DNA of 64,000 nt from Pseudomonadota bacterium (GTDB lineage Bacteria > Pseudomonadota > Alphaproteobacteria > Rickettsiales > SXRF01), in contig CAUJIB010000007.1 in the NCBI GenBank assembly GCA_963205245.1, positions 446 to 64,445 on the forward strand, in the 5' to 3' direction. Numbering within the stretch: the stretch's first letter is position 1; every line of letters begins with the position of its first letter. The notes beneath the pieces are model-generated. The model ran no database searches. It worked only from the letters and a program-made list of their open reading frames with translations, and was not told the origin of the DNA. This document shows positions 11,975-21,944 of the stretch, piece after piece. Position numbers and translations under genes: made by a program.

Positions 11975-13216
11975 TTACAGTTTTATTGGTTGGGATGATA
12001 GTTCTATTAGATATACTTGATTAATTGTCAATTTTAGATTGATGCCGCTTACATTTCTGAACTCACTGATCATTCTTCCGTTTCGTCCATTATATAGTCT
12101 AGTGTAAGCATAAGTTTTATCAAAAACAATAGTTTCAAATCCGGCTGCAGCACCTGATTTTTCTTCATCGTATACGGCAATCCAGACTGAACCGTCGGAT
12201 TTATGCATCAGCACGTTCTTGATGCCGAGTGGAGATTTTCCAGCTGCTTTTTGATTAGTAAAAGTTATATTTATATCTTTAGAGGGTAAATTTTTACCAT
12301 TGGGATCGGATAAAAGCTGTGTTGTGTAATGCCAGTAATCGGCAAAAGCCCTTTTTGTACCGTTGGCTTTGTAGAAACCCACTGCATTAGTCATATTATC
12401 ATTTAAGGCATAAACAAATAATCCGACATTGCCTAGTAGATATGAACTGAAAGGTGCCATATGCATGAAAGCACTATTAGTTACATCACTTTGTCTGGTT
12501 GACTGGAACATACCGAATTCTGTCGTATCAACAGGCTTGCCATTTACGGAATAAGCAGCAAGCTCACCTATACGCTCAAGAGCAACGGAAGGTGGAACAG
12601 TAGGATTCAAATAGGTATGAGCATTACCGTAATCTGCTGGCGGATGCCCAAAATTTTTATAATTACCTTCATAAAGCGGTGCTACCCATCCGCCGCCGAC
12701 ACTTAATTGTGAAACTTTTACACCAGCACTATTTCCCACAGTATACACTTGCGATTGGAGCAATGTAGAATCGGCAAGAGTTGCACCCAATGCCATAGGG
12801 TATGCTGTGTCTGGTTCATTTGCACCTTCTATAACATCAATAATTTTAGGTGATGTTTTTAACCAGTTTTGCATTCTGGCAAGTGCTATACGTTGATTTA
12901 TCGGCGAGGTTTGAGGGATTGAGATATGAAACGTAATGCCGGTGGCATTATTAATAGTGCTCCATTTTGTGATTAAATCATCTCTAGTTGCCCAGTCTCT
13001 TGCCCTTCTTGCGCCAATATATTTTAATTTGTCAATAACATCATTGACATTGCTATAATCGCCGCAGCAATTATCCATATGTACATTAACACCAAAGAAA
13101 TTAGTTAGAATAGTTTCAGTCCCAACTGCAGTAGCCGCAGAAGATGGTGTAGATAATGTGGCTATTATAGCGGAGCATACAGAAATTTTTTTGATATTTA
13201 CTAGCGCGATATTCAT
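11975..13216 (-). CDS. secreted clan GH-A-like glycoside hydrolase (polysaccharide locus)
   Basis: Signal peptide. Candidate acid/base NEP (IEGANEPD) and nucleophile TEFG (VDTTEFGM), spaced as in (beta/alpha)8 GH5/GH39-type enzymes. Confidence 0.5.
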   Translation of the reverse strand: MNIALVNIKKISVCSAIIATLSTPSSAATAVGTETILTNFFGVNVHMDNCCGDYSNVNDVIDKLKYIGARRARDWATRDDLITKWSTINNATGITFHISIPQTSPINQRIALARMQNWLKTSPKIIDVIEGANEPDTAYPMALGATLADSTLLQSQVYTVGNSAGVKVSQLSVGGGWVAPLYEGNYKNFGHPPADYGNAHTYLNPTVPPSVALERIGELAAYSVNGKPVDTTEFGMFQSTRQSDVTNSAFMHMAPFSSYLLGNVGLFVYALNDNMTNAVGFYKANGTKRAFADYWHYTTQLLSDPNGKNLPSKDINITFTNQKAAGKSPLGIKNVLMHKSDGSVWIAVYDEEKSGAAAGFETIVFDKTYAYTRLYNGRNGRMISEFRNVSGINLKLTINQVYLIELSSQPIKL

Positions 13217-13470
13217 ATCAAATACCTTTCGTTTTTCAAAAGCACTAAGCTTGGGATTACGAAGATTATTTAACCATATAAAAATTAACCGAGCATAAAT
13301 TAACCATAGCTTTTATGTAGAATGAATATAAAGTTGTTTATAATTTTCCATTCGGAAATTATACGTTTTCTTATTATATATTAGTTGTTTTTTATAATTA
13401 TATATGAAGCTGCAATGGAGCTATATTTCTTGGAAAAGATATAAAATTATAATTTTTTATTTATCAAATT

Positions 13471-14442
13471 CTAATTTTGTGCATGCCAGTTATAAGCAGA
13501 TTGTATAATGCTATCTATGTCACCATATTTAGGTTTGAAGCCAAGTTCACTTACAGCTTTGCTATTATCTGCAACTAGACGGGCAGGGTCACCAGCACGG
13601 CGAGGTTTGAAACTGTGTGGAACTGGATGCCCAAGTTTACTAAAGCTTGCTATAATATCCTGAATAGAATTGCCAACTCCATTGCCAAGGTTATAAGCCG
13701 ACGGTTCCTTACCATTAAGCAGTGCTTCAAAGGCAAGTATATGGGCAGCGGCAAGATCCAGTACATGGATATAATCACGAATAGCTGTTCCGTCTGGTGT
13801 CGGGTAATCATTGCCGTACACATCAAGTGCATTAGTTTTTCCTAGTGCTGCAAAACATGCTCGGGGAATCAAGTGTGATTCAGGTTCGTGGTTTTCACCA
13901 ATGTCACCGTCAAAAGATGCGCCTGCAGCATTAAAATAGCGTAATGCCATCCATGGAATCCCACCAGCATTGCAGAAATCAGCTAGCAATTGTTCGAAAA
14001 ATAGTTTTGACCAACCATAAGGATTTTTAGGGGTTCGGCGATGAGTTTCCGGAATAGGAACTATTTCTGGTTCACCATACACTGCTGCGGTAGAAGAAAA
14101 AACAAAGGCTTTGATGCCGCTATTTTTTAATGCCTGCAGATAAGCTATTTTGCAGGCAAAATTATTTTCATAATATTTTAGCGGATTTGTAACTGATTCA
14201 GCGACCTCTATCGAACCGGCGAGATCAATTACTGCTTCTATTCCATATTTACTGACTGTGTTTTCTACTATATCAATGTCTGAAACTGATGCGTGTACGA
14301 ATTCACCCCAACGTACAAAATGGCGATGACCAGTACATAAATTATCTAAAACTACGGGATAATAGCCAGCAGCATCTAAAGTTTTGCAAACATGTGAGCC
14401 TATATAACCTGCACCGCCAACTACAAGAACTGATTTTTTCAT
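13471..14442 (-). CDS. galE: UDP-glucose 4-epimerase
   Basis: VLVVGGAGYIGSH Rossmann motif and YxxxK (PYGWSKLF). 323 aa. Confidence 0.9.
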   Translation of the reverse strand: MKKSVLVVGGAGYIGSHVCKTLDAAGYYPVVLDNLCTGHRHFVRWGEFVHASVSDIDIVENTVSKYGIEAVIDLAGSIEVAESVTNPLKYYENNFACKIAYLQALKNSGIKAFVFSSTAAVYGEPEIVPIPETHRRTPKNPYGWSKLFFEQLLADFCNAGGIPWMALRYFNAAGASFDGDIGENHEPESHLIPRACFAALGKTNALDVYGNDYPTPDGTAIRDYIHVLDLAAAHILAFEALLNGKEPSAYNLGNGVGNSIQDIIASFSKLGHPVPHSFKPRRAGDPARLVADNSKAVSELGFKPKYGDIDSIIQSAYNWHAQN

Positions 14443-15650
14443 GCTTGTTTTTTCCTTATAATATTCTGATAATGCTGCATATAACCGTCTACCATATTAT
14501 CTACGCTTGAATTAGCCATGAGCGTTGTAGTGAACTCTTCCAGATTTTGAAGAATTTGTTTATCATTGACTGCTCTGATAATTGCATCTGCCAGCGATCT
14601 TGGATTTCCAGCTTTAAACAGTAGGCCAGTTTTTTCGTGTTGTACAAATTCTGGTATAGCACCGATATTGCTTCCTATTACACCCATCTTATAAGCTGCT
14701 GCTTCCACAATCACTACTGGAGCGTTTTCATACCATAGGGACGGGATAAGCAGCCAATCGCTATTACGGAAAATATTATCTTTTTCTTCTCCGCTAATGT
14801 AGCCAAGATAGTTAATTCTTTTATCATTTGCCGCAAGCTCTACAAATTTTTCAGCATAATCACCTTTTCCGGCAACAGAAAATTCAAACGGTAAATCAGG
14901 AGGTAATAATTTTAGTGCCTCAAGCAACACCTCACAGCCTTTTTCAATGGTAAGCCTAGCTGCAAACAGGAATTTTTTTGCTGCGCTATTATCATGTTTT
15001 TTCTCAATGCTGTTTGGTAGTACAATACCATTCCGCATAACAGCAGTATTCTTAGCGGCAAGACCTGCTTCAATATGCTTATTAATCAGGAATTGGGAGG
15101 GACTACAGAATAAATCTATATCGCGGGTAGTTCGTATATGCCATGAGCGATATATACGACAGCCAAGTTGTGGGTTAGTACATATTTTTAATGATTTAGT
15201 AAGCAGCAATGCGCGTGGGCAAAGTAGGTGATAATCATGTGCTGTGTGAATAACTGGTATCCCAGCTTGCTTAGCCTTGCGCCATAATACTGCTGACATA
15301 CCATCAATCAGGTGCGTATGTAAAACATCTGGTTTATGTTTTATTAGTATTTGTTTGAATCTTGTTCCCGCATCTGTGTTCCATGCGTCACGCAAATGCC
15401 AGAGTGCTTTTTCATATCCTCGTCTATCGCCGCGTTCCCAATGCCAGTACATATTTTTCGGAAAAAATCGTATTACTTCCACGCCATTTCTTATTTCAAC
15501 AGGGTATGGTTCAGAATCAGGCGAGCATGTGGAAACAACAGTAACACGATTCCCACGCTCAACCAATCTTTCTGCGAGCATGGCAACAATTAATTCTGCA
15601 CCACCAGCCATAATAGGGGGGTAGATATTATTGGCGATAAGGATATGCAT
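14439..15650 (-). CDS. GT4-family glycosyltransferase
   Basis: C-terminal E-x7-E motif (YENAPVVIVEAAAYKMGVIGSNIGAIPEFV). 4-nt overlap with galE. Confidence 0.8.
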   Translation of the reverse strand: MHILIANNIYPPIMAGGAELIVAMLAERLVERGNRVTVVSTCSPDSEPYPVEIRNGVEVIRFFPKNMYWHWERGDRRGYEKALWHLRDAWNTDAGTRFKQILIKHKPDVLHTHLIDGMSAVLWRKAKQAGIPVIHTAHDYHLLCPRALLLTKSLKICTNPQLGCRIYRSWHIRTTRDIDLFCSPSQFLINKHIEAGLAAKNTAVMRNGIVLPNSIEKKHDNSAAKKFLFAARLTIEKGCEVLLEALKLLPPDLPFEFSVAGKGDYAEKFVELAANDKRINYLGYISGEEKDNIFRNSDWLLIPSLWYENAPVVIVEAAAYKMGVIGSNIGAIPEFVQHEKTGLLFKAGNPRSLADAIIRAVNDKQILQNLEEFTTTLMANSSVDNMVDGYMQHYQNIIRKKQA

Positions 15651-15652
15651 AA

Positions 15653-17371
15653 TTATTTGTCAGATTTATAAAGTATTTTATACAACCAGTTAGGAATATA
15701 AAATTTTCTATTGGTAAGAACAGCACCAATAACTTTTCCACCTAATGAAGTGGTTAGTCGTTTTACTTCCTTTACTACCGGCGCACGAGTGTTTTCCGCC
15801 TCCACTATTATGATAGTGCCATGTGCAATTTTAGCGAGAGATTGGCCTAAATCATCACTAAGTAATCCTGAATTAGTAATAATAGTCCAGCTTTCAGGAT
15901 TGGCGGTAATGAAATCAGAATGCGCTTTTTCTATATTTTTTTGCATATCTTTGGTATTGACAAGCAATACTTTTTTGCCTTTATGGGCAGCAAATGCAGA
16001 AAGTTCTCTGGCAAGACGATCAACATTTTCATTTTCATAACTGCTTACAAACTGGATGATTGGTTGTTTTTCAGTAGAAAATAAATGGTCTATACCGTTG
16101 AATAGCTGAACCATGGCATCTTTTTTCGGGAAATCCGCAAGCACGGGCAATTTCAGTGATCTTGCAAGTTGTCTTGGTGTGCGGAAACGCTCGTCAAAAA
16201 TCTCGCGGGCGAAAACCGCTATTCCACCTAAAACCATCCCAGCCATAATTGCGGCAATTAATGTTAGAAGTTTACGCGGACGTGCTGGTTTTATAGGTTC
16301 TACAGGTGAATCAACCACCACAACGCTGGTTATCTTTCTTTCCCCGAGAGTTGCATTGATACGCGCTTCTTCGCTACGTTCTACGTAGTTTTTATAGCTT
16401 GTTTCATCAACTTGTACTTGTCGTGCTAAGTCATTATAAGTTCCGCGTTGCGCTTCTAGTTGGGAAATACGTTTATTGATAGTATCGTTTTGTCCGGATA
16501 ATGTGCTTTCTTCTGATGAAGAATCCAAATTCTTTTTGCGATCATCCAACTGCCGTTGTGCTTCTGCTATAGATTTTCTAAGAGCCTTTATAGCAGGGCT
16601 GCTGGCTTTATAGGTGGTAAGCATTTCTGCTTCTTTATCTTTCAGTTCAGAAAGCTTCGCCTGTGCATCGTCAACTGCTTGAAAGGCAACTGCTGCCGCA
16701 TTGCTTTTTTGTTTCAACAGCTCATTTATTTCTTCTTCTATGGAAGAAATTCCAACAGAAGATTTGAAATCACGTAGTTTTTGTTGGGATTTATTCAAAC
16801 GCTCTTCAGCAAGTTTTACTTGTTCTTGTAAGAAAATGGTTTGCGGTTTGTTGAATATCTCTAACTGACGGGTAATAAAAATATTCTGAATAGCATCAAC
16901 CAACTCAGCCGCAACCTTGGGGTTGGGGTTCATCACGTTAACATCTATGATATTACTTTGTGAGCTTGATTTTACTGATAAGTGATTACGGTCTAAATTT
17001 TTGATTGCCACCTCTATGGGAGAATCTTTTTTTCCAACTTTTTCAGTTAGTTTAGGATATACTCTCTCAATGCCAACTTTTTCTATAACCATTTTCAGTA
17101 AATCATGGCTTCTGATAATATCAATATTAGATTGTATTATCTCTCTGCGGTCGCTTGGAGTAAGCGGTTCACCGGATTTCGTTTCTGTTACTTTTGCATC
17201 GGCATCAGCCCCGAATTTTATAAGCAGGCTTCCTGATGCTTCATAAAGCGGGGTAGAGATAACTAGCGATACAACTCCAAATAAAATCGCAACAAAAAAT
17301 ATCAGCCGGAATGTTTTATATTGGCGAAAGAAAGAGGCGAGTATATCGCGTATGGTTACAGAATTTTCCAT
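15653..17371 (-). CDS. polysaccharide co-polymerase (Wzz/GumC/Wzc-like) with degenerate C-terminal kinase-like domain
   Basis: N-terminal TM, long coiled-coil periplasmic region, second TM. The C-terminal P-loop-fold segment lacks Walker A (VSSYENENVD). Confidence 0.75.
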   Translation of the reverse strand: MENSVTIRDILASFFRQYKTFRLIFFVAILFGVVSLVISTPLYEASGSLLIKFGADADAKVTETKSGEPLTPSDRREIIQSNIDIIRSHDLLKMVIEKVGIERVYPKLTEKVGKKDSPIEVAIKNLDRNHLSVKSSSQSNIIDVNVMNPNPKVAAELVDAIQNIFITRQLEIFNKPQTIFLQEQVKLAEERLNKSQQKLRDFKSSVGISSIEEEINELLKQKSNAAAVAFQAVDDAQAKLSELKDKEAEMLTTYKASSPAIKALRKSIAEAQRQLDDRKKNLDSSSEESTLSGQNDTINKRISQLEAQRGTYNDLARQVQVDETSYKNYVERSEEARINATLGERKITSVVVVDSPVEPIKPARPRKLLTLIAAIMAGMVLGGIAVFAREIFDERFRTPRQLARSLKLPVLADFPKKDAMVQLFNGIDHLFSTEKQPIIQFVSSYENENVDRLARELSAFAAHKGKKVLLVNTKDMQKNIEKAHSDFITANPESWTIITNSGLLSDDLGQSLAKIAHGTIIIVEAENTRAPVVKEVKRLTTSLGGKVIGAVLTNRKFYIPNWLYKILYKSDK

Positions 17372-17383
17372 TATCTAGCTACT

Positions 17384-18352
17384 CTATCTGTTAAGATTAT
17401 TTTGCGGGTTAAGTTGATATGACATACCAAAAGAAGGAGGCAGGAACTGTTGCACGAATTGTTGGAAATATACATAAACATCAGCGATGTCGCTGCGCGG
17501 TACAAATACCACATCATAAGCAGCAAGGTGCGCATCACTCGCAGGGTCAAGACCCGATTCTGCGGCTTTATAGTCAGTTGTATATGCGGTAGGGAGTGCA
17601 CCGTTTTTATGACGTATAACTATAATACCGGATGGAGAGGCAGAGTTCTTAAGTCCTCCTGCACGGGCGATTGCCTGCATAAGGGTAAGGTTTGGACCTG
17701 CAGTTACAAATTCCCCTGGGCTATTTACTTCACCGGCTACATAGACACGGTTAGGCGCAAAGGAACGTAAAATAATAGAAATTTTAGGGTCGCTAAGCTC
17801 TTTTTCATATTGTTTGGTTAGGTCAGTGCGTAATTCTTTTATGGTTCTCCCGTAAGCCTGAACATCCTCTGCCATAGTGGTGGAGATTAGGCCGTCCGGC
17901 GGGATGATAATGGCTTCATTAAGTTCTGGGTTAAGCCTCAGTTTAATATCCATCGTATCGCCGATTTGCAAAAGATAAGAGTCTAATTCCGGTGCATCTT
18001 TAATATTTTTCAGTGTCTCTAGAGATATTTGTTTTTGTTCTATTTTTTCTTCTTCCGCAGTTGCCGCGCTTATTAGAGTTTCTTTTTGTACGGGTTCTGT
18101 GCTTACGGCAGATCCAGTATTAAAATTATATTTTGGCTGTGCAGCAATATCTGCTTCCTGGTTGGAAGTCAGGCCGGTTTGCTCTGTTTGTGCGTGTTGG
18201 TCTGCTGAATCAGTAGAGCAGCCGGATATAGCAAAGCTTGCCATAAAGCATAATATAGGCAAAGAAAGGGTGGTATGTTTAGCCAAGGTTTTACCTTTCC
18301 ATTTTATTAAAGAATACGCCCTGTTACATGGAAAATCACTTTTTTGCAACAA
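17384..18352 (-). CDS. Wza-like polysaccharide export outer-membrane lipoprotein
   Basis: Lipobox ISGCS. Poly_export-like GDTMDIKL and SLBB-like VYVAGEVNSPGEF. Confidence 0.8.
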   Translation of the reverse strand: MLQKSDFPCNRAYSLIKWKGKTLAKHTTLSLPILCFMASFAISGCSTDSADQHAQTEQTGLTSNQEADIAAQPKYNFNTGSAVSTEPVQKETLISAATAEEEKIEQKQISLETLKNIKDAPELDSYLLQIGDTMDIKLRLNPELNEAIIIPPDGLISTTMAEDVQAYGRTIKELRTDLTKQYEKELSDPKISIILRSFAPNRVYVAGEVNSPGEFVTAGPNLTLMQAIARAGGLKNSASPSGIIVIRHKNGALPTAYTTDYKAAESGLDPASDAHLAAYDVVFVPRSDIADVYVYFQQFVQQFLPPSFGMSYQLNPQNNLNR

Positions 18353-18455
18353 AACATTGCTATAAAAATATTAAAATTTAGTTAATTTTAATAGTGCCGT
18401 ACTTGATAATATGTTGGCAAATCCCTGATTATGTGTTATCACGCCTGAAATTTTA

Positions 18456-19694
18456 GTGAAATTAACTATGCAAATATTTGTTTATACCTGCCTTATTATT
18501 TATTGCGGCTTCTATTTATTTGAAGCACCGGTGCGCTATGGGTTTAATTTAATCGGGGCGGATATGCTTATTTTTGCCCGTGACGTAATACTTGCCATAC
18601 CTTTGCTTTTTATTGTTTTTATCAGGCAATTTATCCAAAGAAACCTGCATCCCGCCTTTTATATTTTTGCCGCGATTATTATCATCCATGGAACAATCAG
18701 CCTGTTTAACATTGGTAGCCCTATAGTATTGTTTTATAGCACTAAAATACTAATTAATGTTTTGGCAGGGGCTGTATTTGCACAATATTTTATGAAAATT
18801 CCAAGAGGGATTGTGATTGGAATTTTGATAGTCTGGCTTATTACATTTTTGGGCGTACTTATTGATAAATATGATATTATTGCCTATCCATGGACGGGGA
18901 TGGAAACGACTATCGGTGATATTAAAGTAGATATTACTAAAAACTGGACGGTAACCGGTTTTGACAAACGGGCGGGCGGGCTAATGCGTTCTTCCATTAA
19001 CGTAGCAATTATTACTCCTATACTCGCTTTCATTCTCTGGTTTAATTTACGTTTATTGCCGCTTCGCCTGCTAATTATGCTAATGACAGGCTTTGTCTTA
19101 TATTGGACCACACAAAAAACTTCTATTCTTGCCTTCGCTGCTACTTGTACTTTATTGCTGGCTGCTTATAAGCGTCCGATTCCTGCACTTAAGATTGGAA
19201 TTAGCGCGTCATTTCTCCTGATGATTGTTTTGCCGATTTTATTGCCGGAATTCACTATGCCTAATGATAAAGGTACATTCAGTATGGAATCTCTTTATTT
19301 GCGGGTAGAAGATATGTGGCCGGAAGCATGGGATTGGATTGCCAAGCATGAAGCTTTCCCTTTTGGCGTAGGATTGGGTGGTATTGGCGGGGCAATGCGC
19401 CTATATGCGCCGGATAGCGTAAATTATGCTGATAACATGTTTGTATTTTTATACGCGTATTTTGGTATATTTGCTTTGCTTTATATATTCTTGTTATGGT
19501 GGGGTTGTATGCGGGTGGAAAATAAAAATTCACCAGAAAGTGCCCAAGCTATGGCTATTATCTTTTTCATTAGCTTCTACGGCATAGCTTTATCCATGAT
19601 TGAAGATCAAATGGTGGCATTATTTCTTGGAGCGGCAGCAGGTTGGTTTATTGGTAAAGAAGATAAGCGTAAGGTAAAAAATTATGATAATTAA
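18456..19694 (+). CDS. O-antigen ligase/polymerase (Wzy)-like integral membrane protein
   Basis: About 10-12 TM segments with a large loop, located in the polysaccharide locus. Confidence 0.6.
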   Translation: MKLTMQIFVYTCLIIYCGFYLFEAPVRYGFNLIGADMLIFARDVILAIPLLFIVFIRQFIQRNLHPAFYIFAAIIIIHGTISLFNIGSPIVLFYSTKILINVLAGAVFAQYFMKIPRGIVIGILIVWLITFLGVLIDKYDIIAYPWTGMETTIGDIKVDITKNWTVTGFDKRAGGLMRSSINVAIITPILAFILWFNLRLLPLRLLIMLMTGFVLYWTTQKTSILAFAATCTLLLAAYKRPIPALKIGISASFLLMIVLPILLPEFTMPNDKGTFSMESLYLRVEDMWPEAWDWIAKHEAFPFGVGLGGIGGAMRLYAPDSVNYADNMFVFLYAYFGIFALLYIFLLWWGCMRVENKNSPESAQAMAIIFFISFYGIALSMIEDQMVALFLGAAAGWFIGKEDKRKVKNYDN

Positions 19695-20724
19695 TAATTT
19701 TACTGTTTTGCGTTTGGTGTTAGCAACTTTGGTGATTTTTGGGCATTTCAAAACCCTAGCAGGTCTTTCTAATGCTGGTGGTATATATGGTTATGTTGAC
19801 TTGGCAGTAAATGCATTTTTTATAGTCAGCGGTTATCTGGTTTATGGAAGTTTTGATAATTCACCTAAGGTTGGCGGTTTTTATATAAAGCGGTTTTTCA
19901 GGATTTATCCGCTCTATGCTTTTATGATTATAGCGCAGATGGTAGCAATGTTTATCTTGCTTAAAGGCAATGTTGGGCTTGCAGAAATGCTAAAATATTT
20001 AATTAGTAACCTTGCCTTTGCCAATTTTATAAGCCCAGATATGGGCGGGTTGCTTGCTGATGCCCATAATCCTGCTATAAATGCCAGTTTGTGGACTCTC
20101 AAAATAGAGGTTATGTTTTATGCTATTGTGCCTGTATTATGGTTGCTGGTGCAGCGGGTAGGACTTAAAATTTTACCGGCAATTTATATTGCTTCTGTTT
20201 TATTTGCGGCCCTAGCTATTCATTACGGGCATGAGTCATGGACTAAGCAACTTCCGGGACAATTACGCTTTTTTGTCGTAGGATTCTTACTTTACCATTA
20301 TCGTGATAAATTTAGGTTTTCTCTTCCTGTAGCGGTATTTTTGGCTCTTATCTGTTTTATTATTAGCTCTATGCGTAAGGATTTATTCCCCGAATATATA
20401 GCATTGCTGGTTGAACCAATAATTATAGGTGCGTGGGTATTTATTTGTGCTTTGCGTTTACCAGTATTAAATCTGAAATATGATATATCTTACGGTGTAT
20501 ACCTCATTCATGCACCTCTTATCCAGATATCTTTACTGCTCGGGATTTATGAGGATGATACCGGATTTTTAGCATTGCTGGTTGGAGTGGTTTACATATT
20601 GGCATTTTTAGCAGAAAAACTTATTGAAATACCAATGGTCAAATTAGGTAAAAAACTCTCTACTCGGGCTTCAGGAAAAATAGCTGCCGTAGAAACAGAA
20701 AAACTTGAAGTAGAGAAAATATGA
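19684..20724 (+). CDS. acyltransferase family 3 (O-acetyltransferase) membrane protein
   Basis: RLVLATLVIFGHF N-terminal motif, polytopic. Confidence 0.8.
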   Translation: MIINNFTVLRLVLATLVIFGHFKTLAGLSNAGGIYGYVDLAVNAFFIVSGYLVYGSFDNSPKVGGFYIKRFFRIYPLYAFMIIAQMVAMFILLKGNVGLAEMLKYLISNLAFANFISPDMGGLLADAHNPAINASLWTLKIEVMFYAIVPVLWLLVQRVGLKILPAIYIASVLFAALAIHYGHESWTKQLPGQLRFFVVGFLLYHYRDKFRFSLPVAVFLALICFIISSMRKDLFPEYIALLVEPIIIGAWVFICALRLPVLNLKYDISYGVYLIHAPLIQISLLLGIYEDDTGFLALLVGVVYILAFLAEKLIEIPMVKLGKKLSTRASGKIAAVETEKLEVEKI

Positions 20725-21944
20725 ACCCAATTGTAATTATCCTCAATGATTATTGCCATATTAATGGCGGGGCGAGTAAGGTAGCGATTGACGAAGCGGT
20801 GGGGCTTGCTGCGGCAGGGCAGAAGGTAATTTTTATCGGTGCATGCGCACCAATTTGCCCTGAGCTTGCAAATGCTAATTTAGAAGTTATCTGTCTTGGA
20901 CAGACTGAGCTTATCAAAGCAGGAAAAAATCCTTTTGTAATGCTGCAAGGGTTATGGAATTTCAAAGCCGCACAAACCATGCAGGATTTATTGAAGAAAA
21001 TGGACAAAAAAAATACTATTGTCCATCTCCATGGCTATACGAAAGCCCTTACTACCAGCCCAGTGCGGGTAGCAGTTAAGCAGGGTTTTAAGGTGGGATG
21101 CACTTTGCATGATTTTTTCCCTGCCTGTCCTAATGGTGCTTTTTTTGATTATGTAAAATGCACTCCTTGTCCAAAACGGGCAATGTCGTTTGATTGCATA
21201 ACAACCCAATGCGACAAACGCCATTATGTACATAAATTATATCGGGTGGCCCGTACCTTTATTCAGCAGAAATTTGGCGGCCTGCCATCTTCGGTGAAAG
21301 ATTATATAACCCTTTCCAAACAATCGGCAGGTTTGCTTCGCTCTTATCTTCCTAAAGATGCCCGTTATTTTCCGTTGGAAAACCCGATTGCAATTCCGCA
21401 TTTGCCGCAAGTGAATGTTGCAGAAAATAAATCAGTAGTGGCAGTAGGCAGGCTGGATGCAGAAAAAGGTATAGAGATATTACTGGAATCTGCAAAAAAA
21501 TCTGGGATCAATTTAACTTTAGTGGGGGATGGCCCATTGCGCCCGCTTGCTGAAAGTTACCAGAATTGCCAGGTGACAGGCTGGGTAACACCAAAGCAAG
21601 TGGTGGAGGAATTAGCAAAAGCCCGCGCCCTTGTATTTCCAAGCCTGTGGTATGAAACTTATGGGTTGGTGGTAGCCGAAGCGGCGGCGCGGGGCGTGCC
21701 TGCCATAGTTAGCGATATTTCTGCTGCCTCCGAACGGGTGGAAGACAATATAACAGGTTGGCATATACGCTCAGGTGATATAGAAGATCTTGTCCGTGCT
21801 TTGAATATTACTAAGGATGATGAAACAGTAAAAAGAGTAGGGGAGGCAGCGTATCAGCAATTCTGGAAGTCGCCGCCTGTACTTACCAAACATATTGAAG
21901 GCTTGCGGAACATTTATAATCTGTTATTGGAAAAAACATTATGA
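20721..21944 (+). CDS. GT4-family glycosyltransferase
   Basis: E-x7-E motif (YETYGLVVAEAAARGVPAIVSDISAASERV). 4-nt overlap with neighbours. Confidence 0.8.
   Translation: MNPIVIILNDYCHINGGASKVAIDEAVGLAAAGQKVIFIGACAPICPELANANLEVICLGQTELIKAGKNPFVMLQGLWNFKAAQTMQDLLKKMDKKNTIVHLHGYTKALTTSPVRVAVKQGFKVGCTLHDFFPACPNGAFFDYVKCTPCPKRAMSFDCITTQCDKRHYVHKLYRVARTFIQQKFGGLPSSVKDYITLSKQSAGLLRSYLPKDARYFPLENPIAIPHLPQVNVAENKSVVAVGRLDAEKGIEILLESAKKSGINLTLVGDGPLRPLAESYQNCQVTGWVTPKQVVEELAKARALVFPSLWYETYGLVVAEAAARGVPAIVSDISAASERVEDNITGWHIRSGDIEDLVRALNITKDDETVKRVGEAAYQQFWKSPPVLTKHIEGLRNIYNLLLEKTL

Noticed and set aside
13270-13320. Three copies of the word (A/T)TTAACC in the 254-bp AT-rich spacer upstream of the hydrolase gene
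   Set aside because: Short words in very AT-rich DNA are easily explained by chance, and there is no dyad symmetry.
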